Source: an uncultured archaeon (GTDB taxonomy: Archaea > Micrarchaeota > Micrarchaeia > Micrarchaeales > CABMGC01). Taken from it: a DNA stretch of 64,000 bases. The translations under genes and the position numbers were made by a program. The notes under the pieces were generated by a model, which saw only the letters and a list, made by a program, of their open reading frames with translations, searched no databases and was not told the origin of the DNA. Of the stretch, positions 57,269 through 64,000 are shown piece by piece (the stretch's first letter is position 1; every line of letters begins with the position of its first letter). Where the stretch lies: assembly GCA_963787445.1 (NCBI GenBank), contig CAWBCT010000013.1, positions 32,001 through 96,000 on the forward strand, written 5' to 3'.

Positions 57269-58456
57269 TCAGTCTTTCCCATCTTTCAACGCCGCATCGC
57301 TTCTTATTGCATCATAGACCTCTACGATTATTATCGCCGCAATTACAGCCAACGCGATTCCGACTATGATCCAAACCCCTGTGTCATCGCTGCCTGCCCG
57401 TGACCTGGCGGAGTCATTGGTAGTGTTGCTCGGCGCCGCGTTGATGCTCGTTGTGGTGTTCTTCTGTGGATATGCCTGACCGACGCCTATCGTGGTCACC
57501 GTCGTTTTGGCCGTAGTGTTCAAGGTCCCGGACTGGCCCACCATGAGGGCCTGCATTTTGACAAGAGAAAATCCCAACCGGTTTGTGTTGGGAGTATTGA
57601 TGTTCGATGCGAAGGTTATGGTGTAGCTGTTTGGTATGGCCTTCAATATTGAGACCCTCGGGTTCTGTGTTATCAGCATTATGACCGCCTGCTTTGTCGG
57701 CATTCCAAGAACCTGCCATACCGGACTCTCTCTATTTATAGCTGAGATCGCGTTATCGGTCGTGTTGATCGCCGCTGCCAATGCCACTGTGGAATTTAGG
57801 CAGTTGGCAGTCGGGTTGGGAAGACTTGAAGGCGCAACTTCTTTGCACGTACCGGTCGTGGCGTTCGGAAAGATGTTAGGGTCCAGGACGCTCACCCTGA
57901 TGACATACGTTTTCGAATAGGTACTATTTTCCAGTGGCGAGACTATGATATCACGGGCAGGATTCGGAAGCACTCCAGCCAGAAGTCCGTCTATCCCGTT
58001 TGAAAACCCTATCGCCTCCTCGGCCAGTTCGTACAACGGAGAATAGATGTACAATGACTTGTTCCGGCATGCGGCCTGTGAGGTCGAAACCCCACACTGG
58101 GTTACTATGGCTGTCCCGTTATAAATGGGATACGTGTTTACCGTAAGGTTGTTGTTATAGATGCCAAATGCCGAGAGGCCGGCAAAGGCTGGGGTTATTG
58201 CCCAAATAGGAACTAGTCCTACGACGCCAGATACTGGAGCCTTGCCGGTTTCGCAGTCCGTCACTGCAAGAGCGGCCTGCGCGTTGCTATTGTTGTATAC
58301 GCTCCCAGTACATGTATCATTTACGTAGACATATAACACGACATTTCCATTCTGGAAAGCGAGCGTCGAATTTGAGCTGTTGACTATTCCGGAAGCGCTG
58401 ATTGTTGAAGGAGCGAAGAGAAGCAGTATTGCAAATAGAAAATAGAGGGGCTTCAT
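57269..58456 (-). CDS. Secreted, C-terminally anchored surface glycoprotein
   Basis: Signal peptide from ATG 58456, Cys pairs, Thr-rich linker, C-terminal TM. Confidence 0.75.
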   Translation of the reverse strand: MKPLYFLFAILLLFAPSTISASGIVNSSNSTLAFQNGNVVLYVYVNDTCTGSVYNNSNAQAALAVTDCETGKAPVSGVVGLVPIWAITPAFAGLSAFGIYNNNLTVNTYPIYNGTAIVTQCGVSTSQAACRNKSLYIYSPLYELAEEAIGFSNGIDGLLAGVLPNPARDIIVSPLENSTYSKTYVIRVSVLDPNIFPNATTGTCKEVAPSSLPNPTANCLNSTVALAAAINTTDNAISAINRESPVWQVLGMPTKQAVIMLITQNPRVSILKAIPNSYTITFASNINTPNTNRLGFSLVKMQALMVGQSGTLNTTAKTTVTTIGVGQAYPQKNTTTSINAAPSNTTNDSARSRAGSDDTGVWIIVGIALAVIAAIIIVEVYDAIRSDAALKDGKD

Positions 58457-58578
58457 CAAAACATAAAATATAAAATGACAAGCTATATAGAATGTGTTAT
58501 GGGTCTGTGGCAAAGCTGCCCCTGGCCCACCCGCTAACACCAGCGATTATTGCAGTCTTGGCAACGGTCCAAATTTGC

Positions 58579-59355
58579 TTATTCTGCGTTCCAGCCCCCA
58601 TCAACCGTCAGGGTGTGGCCGGTAACATAGGACGCGGCCTCGGACGCGAGGTAGACCACCGCGCCCTTCAGCTCCTCCGGGTCACCCACCCTTCCCATCG
58701 GCGTCCGCTCCACTATGTGCCCCAGGGCATTCTTGTCCTCAAAGATCCCCCCGGTCATCTCGCTCGGGAAGAAGCCCGGCGCTATCGCATTGATGCGTAT
58801 GTCCCGCTTTGCGTACTCTATCGCCAGCGAGCGCGTAAGGTTCACCACGGCGCCCTTGGTGGCGTAGTAGGGCGCAGCCGGGAAGATGTCTCCCTCAAGC
58901 CCGTAGATGGAGGCGAGGTTTATGATGCTGCCCTTTCTCTTCTTTGCGAGCATGCTGGCTATCACGTGCTTTGAGAACAGGAAGGTGCCGGTCAGGTTGA
59001 TGCTGACGACCCGGTCCCAGTCCTCCTCCTTCATCAGGTGGGACGGGCCCAGGGCCGCCACTCCGGCGTTGTTGACCAGTACGTCTATCTTTCCGAACTT
59101 CTTCTCCGTCGCCTTGACTACCCGGATTATGTCCTCCTCTTTTGAGACGTCGCAGGTCATGGGCATTATCTTTCTCTTCGTCTTCTTGGCTATCCTCTTC
59201 GCGCTCGCCTCAAGCTTGTCAGCCCTTCGGGCAACGACTACCACGTCCGCCCCTGCCTCGGCAAGGCCCTCTGCAAATGCTATGCCCAAGCCGCTTGAAA
59301 CGCCCGTGACTATCGCCACCTTCCCCTCCAATTTGAATTTATCAAGTACTGCCAT
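58579..59355 (-). CDS. Short-chain dehydrogenase/reductase
   Basis: TGVSSGLG, NNAG, YYATK, INAIAPG, VDGG. Confidence 0.93.
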   Translation of the reverse strand: MAVLDKFKLEGKVAIVTGVSSGLGIAFAEGLAEAGADVVVVARRADKLEASAKRIAKKTKRKIMPMTCDVSKEEDIIRVVKATEKKFGKIDVLVNNAGVAALGPSHLMKEEDWDRVVSINLTGTFLFSKHVIASMLAKKRKGSIINLASIYGLEGDIFPAAPYYATKGAVVNLTRSLAIEYAKRDIRINAIAPGFFPSEMTGGIFEDKNALGHIVERTPMGRVGDPEELKGAVVYLASEAASYVTGHTLTVDGGWNAE

Positions 59356-59421
59356 GCCATTACCAAGAGTAACAAGATGTAAAAGGCTAAAAAGTAGTAG
59401 CTGCCGGTTGCCTATTTGATA

Positions 59422-60303
59422 CTATTGCCCATCAAGGTGTTTCAGGATCTCCGGAATGAGGTCTACGACGTCAGATGCAAGTGCGTGATTGCCTTTCTTC
59501 GCATGCAGCGTGTCCCCTATCCTCGAGTGCAGGTACGCAGCTGCGACGCCGCAAAGGAAAACGTCGCCGTTGCCCGCCATGAACCCCCCGATTATCCCCG
59601 AGAGGACGTCGCCCGTCCCCATCGTCGCAAGGGCTGCGCTCTTCGACCTTACGATCCTGACGCGAGCGCCGTCGGTGATGACCGTGTCGTGCCCTTTCAG
59701 CAAAACAGTTGCACCAAGCTTCTGTGCAAGGCGTTTTGCGGCTTTTACTCTGGAGTTGATCTCCTTGCCAACTTTATCTTTTCCGAGTTCAGCTAGCTCT
59801 CTCTCATTAGGGGTCAGCAGTATCCTCTTCGAGAGGCCGCCGTGAACGTATCTGATTGCAAAGATGGCGTCGGCATCAACGACGGTTGGCTTACGCGCCT
59901 TCACGCAGTAGCCCACCAGGCCGGCGATCGCGAGCAGGCTTCCTGGACCCCTTCCCACGCCCATCCCGACGACCACCGCGTCCGCCTTCTCAGCCTCCGC
60001 GCGCAGCACCGGAAGGTCCTTCATGGATATTATCTCCCCTGAAAGCGGCCTAACTATTATGTTTGCCGAAAGGCCCCTGACTGCGGGAGCAATACCTTTG
60101 GGCACGCACGTTACGGCGTAACCCGCTCCCACCCTGAGCGCTGCAAGGGTGTCATAGGCCGCAACAGAAGCAAGGACCGGCGCGCCATGGAACCTGTCGT
60201 TGCCTCCGACTATCAAAACGCGTCCATTGTCGCTCTTGCTGGAGTAAGGACTCCTTTTGGGCATAGCCTGTTTGAGATCCTTTACGCCGGCAACTCCCTT
60301 CAT
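59422..60303 (-). CDS. nnrD: ADP-dependent NAD(P)H-hydrate dehydratase
   Basis: 'KSDNGRVLIVGG', GMGVG, DADA, TPN..E, LKG, GTGDVLSG. Confidence 0.92.
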   Translation of the reverse strand: MKGVAGVKDLKQAMPKRSPYSSKSDNGRVLIVGGNDRFHGAPVLASVAAYDTLAALRVGAGYAVTCVPKGIAPAVRGLSANIIVRPLSGEIISMKDLPVLRAEAEKADAVVVGMGVGRGPGSLLAIAGLVGYCVKARKPTVVDADAIFAIRYVHGGLSKRILLTPNERELAELGKDKVGKEINSRVKAAKRLAQKLGATVLLKGHDTVITDGARVRIVRSKSAALATMGTGDVLSGIIGGFMAGNGDVFLCGVAAAYLHSRIGDTLHAKKGNHALASDVVDLIPEILKHLDGQ

Positions 60304-60351
60304 GAGTTAATACTAAAAGGGCAACTTATATAGAATTTGGCGAACAAGGGC

Positions 60352-60912
60352 TCAGAATCCGGCGCGCTTCTTTCCTTCCTGTATAATTAGTGCTGAAGCC
60401 CCGCCGATGAGGGCTGTAGTCAACTGAAGGATGCCCATTGCTGTGAGGAAGGCCACCGGCACAAGGCCCACGCTAAAGAGAACGAAGGCTGAAAGGAAGA
60501 GGAAGCCCGCCTTTGCCCCTGCCCCTATTCCAAGCGAGAGCAACCTGTTTTGCTTCATCGCAAGAGTCAGCTTCTTCATGGAAAAGACAAGGATCAGGTT
60601 TCCGGCCCAGATGAACGGGATCATAGTCAGCAGAGCGCTTGAGGCGACCCCGAAGATCGCTCCTGCAGCGTAGGCGCCTACGGAAGGCAGAATTATGACC
60701 GGTAGAAGTCTGTTTCCCTTAAGGTTGAACGCCGCAAGGACCAATGCGCAGTTCACCACGCTTCCGACAAGCAGCTGCGGCTGGCCAAGGACGAACGGGA
60801 TTGCGAATGAGATGGTCGCGTAGAGGAACATCTCGGCATACTCCTGCACCTGCGTTAGGGAGTACTCCTGCCTGAAGAAGGAAACCGGGATAAAGTCGTA
60901 GTCGAATTCCAT
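60352..60912 (-). CDS. 6-TM membrane protein resembling an ECF transporter S component
   Basis: Six hydrophobic helices; 'QLLVGSVVN', 'PFIWAGN', 'QLTTALIGG'; 4 nt downstream of the hydrogenase. Confidence 0.65.
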   Translation of the reverse strand: MEFDYDFIPVSFFRQEYSLTQVQEYAEMFLYATISFAIPFVLGQPQLLVGSVVNCALVLAAFNLKGNRLLPVIILPSVGAYAAGAIFGVASSALLTMIPFIWAGNLILVFSMKKLTLAMKQNRLLSLGIGAGAKAGFLFLSAFVLFSVGLVPVAFLTAMGILQLTTALIGGASALIIQEGKKRAGF

Positions 60913-60916
60913 TTAA

Positions 60917-62026
60917 TCACTTGAGCGGAGGCTCGTGCGCCTTCCAGGACACTGCCGCAAGGTGGAGCAGCTGTTTTGCCTTCACTCCCCCTACCTCCCC
61001 TAGGAAGTCCTTGTAGAGCTGAGTCGCTGCCGGATTCTGTCCCGAGTCCGAGTAGGCGGCCTTGGCGCCGAGCGAGTAAAGCCCCTGCTTCCTCTTCTCT
61101 ATTGTCTCCGGCGTTGATGGCGGCTGGCCCGCTCCCCCGATGCACCCTCCCCTGCAGTTCATTACCTCTATGAACTTGTACTGCTCGCGGAGCTCCCTCT
61201 CCTTCAGGACAGGCTCCGCATTCTGGATCCCGTCAATGACCAGTATCTTTATCTCCTTTCCATCTATCTCGAACTTTATCTCCCTGGTATTCTGGAATCC
61301 CCTAAGCATGTTTATCTGAGGCTCGGCGAGCGCCTTGCTGTGGCGGTTCGCGTGATATCTTAGAGTGGCCTCTGAAACCCCTCCGCTTACCCCGAATAAT
61401 CTGGCTGCTCCTGAAGAGGATCCCAGAAGCAGATCAAACTCGCTCTCCGGGCAGTCCCTCAGGTCTATCCCCTTTGCCTTGAGGAACTGCGCGATCTCAA
61501 CGGTGGTAAGCACCAGGTCGACCGCCGCCAGGTTCCCTCCAAGGAGCATCTCCTTCTTCTGGGCCTCCAGCTTCTTGACCAGGCAGGGCATTGCAGCCAC
61601 AGAGTAGATGCTGCTCGGCTGAATCGACTGCTTTGCCGCGAAATAGGTCTTGATGAGCGTACCCATGGTCTCCATGGGGCTCTTCGTTGTGGCCATATTC
61701 CTCTCCCTTAGCTCGGGGAAATCCCTCTCCAGGTCCATCACGAAGCCCGGACAGCAGGAGTTCATCAGCGGGAACGGCCCGCCCTCCGCCTGGCGCTGCT
61801 CCAGCTCCGCATCCTCCTCCATCACCACTATGTCTGCTGCAAAAGTAGTGTCAAAAACGTAATCAAACCCGAGTTTCCTGAAGGCGCCTATGATCTTATT
61901 GGTAAGCGGGGTCCCTGCCTCGTAGCCGAACAGCTCGCCCATCGCCACCCGGACCGAGGGTGCCATCTGGATGACCTTCACCACGCTCTTGTCTGCGAGC
62001 ACCTTCTCTAGCTCCGCGGTGTCCAT
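60917..62026 (-). CDS. hydA: Minimal monomeric [FeFe]-hydrogenase (H-domain only, group A-like)
   Basis: APSVR; L1 NSCCPGF; L2 MPCLVKKLE; L3 EVMNCRGGCIGGAGQP; C-terminal SSU-like 'NP...LY..FLG...LLH'; no F-cluster Cys. Confidence 0.93.
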   Translation of the reverse strand: MDTAELEKVLADKSVVKVIQMAPSVRVAMGELFGYEAGTPLTNKIIGAFRKLGFDYVFDTTFAADIVVMEEDAELEQRQAEGGPFPLMNSCCPGFVMDLERDFPELRERNMATTKSPMETMGTLIKTYFAAKQSIQPSSIYSVAAMPCLVKKLEAQKKEMLLGGNLAAVDLVLTTVEIAQFLKAKGIDLRDCPESEFDLLLGSSSGAARLFGVSGGVSEATLRYHANRHSKALAEPQINMLRGFQNTREIKFEIDGKEIKILVIDGIQNAEPVLKERELREQYKFIEVMNCRGGCIGGAGQPPSTPETIEKRKQGLYSLGAKAAYSDSGQNPAATQLYKDFLGEVGGVKAKQLLHLAAVSWKAHEPPLK

Positions 62027-62115
62027 GGTCTCCTGATTCTTCTATCATGCACTAAATTAATAAGCCTGATTCAGTAGCGGTATGAAATTTGATACTATCT
62101 GTGCTGGACACATGC

Positions 62116-62161
62116 CCATATGTCTACCTTATTGCAGATTTGTTAAAATGTAGACATATGG
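62116..62161. repeat. Perfect 12-bp inverted repeat, 22-nt spacer
   Basis: CCATATGTCTAC (62116-62127) and GTAGACATATGG (62150-62161). Confidence 0.85.
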
Positions 62162-62267
62162 CTTAGTTTTGGGCCAACGGAATTACTGGTTAATAGTTTA
62201 GTTTAAAATAAACCTGCGATGCAAAGAAAAGTAATATAACGGATAAATCCCTAATAGTATTGATAAA

Positions 62268-62501
62268 ATGGAGTTGGACATATATGGGTCCAAGGCCCAG
62301 GTATGGAAGGAGGGCAAGTACTACGGTGCTACGGTTAGGGAACTCCATGCAAATACCCAGGCCAAATCCTTGAGGGAGTTGAAGGATAACTTAAAAGAAG
62401 TAGTTACGCTGGTTTTTGAAGACGTACTTAAGCATGAGAATGAGTATAGTAAATCTGTAGTCATAAAAATAAAGAAGAACCTAATTCAGAACTTGGCGTG
62501 A
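62268..62501 (+). CDS. HicB-like antitoxin
   Basis: 'VWKEGKYY.A...L...TQAKSL.ELK.NLKEVV'. Confidence 0.75.
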   Translation: MELDIYGSKAQVWKEGKYYGATVRELHANTQAKSLRELKDNLKEVVTLVFEDVLKHENEYSKSVVIKIKKNLIQNLA

Positions 62502-62505
62502 TGCC

Positions 62506-62598
62506 CTGGGCAGGCTCAGACCGATAAAAAGTTCTGAGCTTATACGCATTCTAACAAAGCAATACGGAGAGGCACTAGGCATCTGTTACAAAACCTAA
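62506..62598 (+). pseudogene. Truncated HicA-like toxin remnant
   Basis: CTG-start frame (M)GRLRPIKSSELIRILTKQYG matches HicA N-termini; stops before the GSH motif. Confidence 0.6.
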
Positions 62599-62603
62599 AC
62601 TTT

Positions 62604-63434
62604 TTACTCCGACCTGATGCTGGCGAGCTTCGGGGCCTCTGTAATGCTCAGCTGGTTTTGCATCTTGCCCAGCTGCTCGCTTATCCACCAGTCAAAGTTT
62701 TTGCGCTCAGGGTATCCCACCACCGTGGTCTCCCACTGGTTGGTCCTCCGGTCGAAATTTCTACTCATGGCATATCCCAGCGTGACCCCCTGGTGTTCGC
62801 CGTGGTTTGTGACCTTGTCGTACCTTTCCTCCAGCTCTTCTATTGCCGCGCTTATTTTAGGTATCTCCTCCTTTTTCCTGCCCGCCATCATCTCGACCCC
62901 GGCTTCGAAGATCCTGGCGTGGCCCTCCTCGTGCTCCAGCAGCGCTTCATAGAACCTGTTAAACATGTGGGACACCTCCCGCGAGGCGTTTTCGACCTTC
63001 GGCAGGGAGATGACTATCTTATAGCTGAGCTCTGTTACCTTGTGGCTTGTGGGATCCGAGGAGTAGAAGTAACTCCAGGTGGTCTCTCCGTTCATCCTTC
63101 CGGGATTTGGGCTGTTTTCAAGAATGCTTTTGCGCAGCGCCTTGAGGCTCTCGCCGTTTACCTTGTAGTGCTGATAGATTATCGTCTCAGAGAGGGTCCC
63201 ACCATTCACGCCGTAGGACCTGTATGCTGTCTTGTCCGTCTGGCTGTTTTCGGCCCTGACCGCAATCACCGATGTTAACGGCCTAGTGTCAAAAGACGCC
63301 GGAGCCAGCTTCGCATTCTGCGGGGCTGAGGTACAGCCAGAGACCGCGAGCGCTGCGGCAAAGCCGACAGCCCTGAGCACGGACGTAAGGGCCGGGTCCC
63401 TTTCCTGGGCCTTTTGTGAGTGCTTTAGCGCCAT
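62604..63434 (-). CDS. DUF922-like putative Zn peptidase with lipobox
   Basis: 'AALAVSGC' lipobox; 'Y.V.G.S...LR', 'GETTW', 'LP', HEEGH. Confidence 0.72.
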   Translation of the reverse strand: MALKHSQKAQERDPALTSVLRAVGFAAALAVSGCTSAPQNAKLAPASFDTRPLTSVIAVRAENSQTDKTAYRSYGVNGGTLSETIIYQHYKVNGESLKALRKSILENSPNPGRMNGETTWSYFYSSDPTSHKVTELSYKIVISLPKVENASREVSHMFNRFYEALLEHEEGHARIFEAGVEMMAGRKKEEIPKISAAIEELEERYDKVTNHGEHQGVTLGYAMSRNFDRRTNQWETTVVGYPERKNFDWWISEQLGKMQNQLSITEAPKLASIRSE

Positions 63435-63501
63435 CCTATAACCAGTACTATTCTAATTTTTATGGTATTTAAGCTCTTTGGAAGGGCCTACCTTTTCCTT
63501 C

Positions 63502-63813
63502 TCAGTGGGGGCCATGGCCGGCTGGCCTCGCCCTGCCGCCCGTCTCCCGGTATCCGAGCCTCATCTTCGCGTCCAGCCCTGCCGGCTCCAGTTTCCTCCT
63601 GAGGGCCCCGAAGGCCGGGTCGGCCATGAGCTTTTCGGCCCTTACCAGCTTCTTGAGTGCGCTGTGCCTGTGGGACACACCCAGGTACTCTATGGCGTCC
63701 ATCCTCAGCTCCAGCGGCAGGTGGCGGTCGAGCACTGCCCTCCGGCACGCGGCGAAGATCGCCTTCCTTGAGTTTACGATGGGCCTCCTTACCTGCGCAT
63801 CATCAGCTTCCAT
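63502..63813 (-). CDS. Hypothetical protein
   Basis: 103-aa ORF with TATA-like TTAAATA upstream. Confidence 0.45.
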   Translation of the reverse strand: MEADDAQVRRPIVNSRKAIFAACRRAVLDRHLPLELRMDAIEYLGVSHRHSALKKLVRAEKLMADPAFGALRRKLEPAGLDAKMRLGYRETGGRARPAGHGPH

Positions 63814-64000
63814 CTTGGCACGGGCAGTATCTTTCCTCTATAGGTATTTAAGGTTTCTTTTAGCCATCCAACCTGGCCTCAGATTAAGGGCCAATGCGAG
63901 CTGCGCAAAAAGCTATAAATATCTGGAAATGCACAAAACATTTGTGTTAAAATGAGAACAAAAGCTCGAATTTCCGAAGTGAAATCACGACTGCCGGAGC

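Noticed and set aside
60917-62026. Nar1/Narf-like non-hydrogenase
   Set aside because: Retains SCCP with the proton-transfer Cys, MPCxxKxxE and the full L3 motif
1-64000. CRISPR array, prophage, IS element, retron/DGR
   Set aside because: No regularly spaced repeats, capsid/terminase, transposase or reverse transcriptase motifs found by eye
1-64000. Alternative genetic code or stop readthrough
   Set aside because: Conserved genes are full-length under the standard code and end at TAA, TAG and TGA

Overview
Archaeal chromosomal window with no prophage, integrase, transposase or CRISPR array visible. It is most consistent with a DPANN archaeon, probably Micrarchaeota (inference from a divergent stand-alone 16S gene, an unlinked 5S gene, archaeal r-proteins and tRNA synthetases, type-1 IDI, a bacterial-type PDH operon and a minimal [FeFe]-hydrogenase). 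Housekeeping genes (gatE end, valS, leuS, rps15, rps3ae, smc, signal peptidase, secDF, nmd3, pdhABCD, 16S, 5S, tRNA-Gly) alternate with three ABC systems, a 9-gene type IV pilus-like locus, four toxin-antitoxin modules (one decayed) and many single orphan genes. Best leads: (1) an H-domain-only [FeFe]-hydrogenase 4 nt upstream of a solitary ECF S-component-like 6-TM protein, with no HydEFG in the window, suggesting cofactor scavenging; (2) an unannotated 30-aa protamine-like ORF with its own promoter and terminator; (3) a signal-peptide-bearing, TorF/Gcw_chp-like beta-barrel candidate in an archaeon; (4) covarying substitutions at near-universal 16S decoding-centre positions; (5) repeated CTG starts and non-canonical prepilin cleavage sites. 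All family assignments come from reading motifs by eye, not from database searches.
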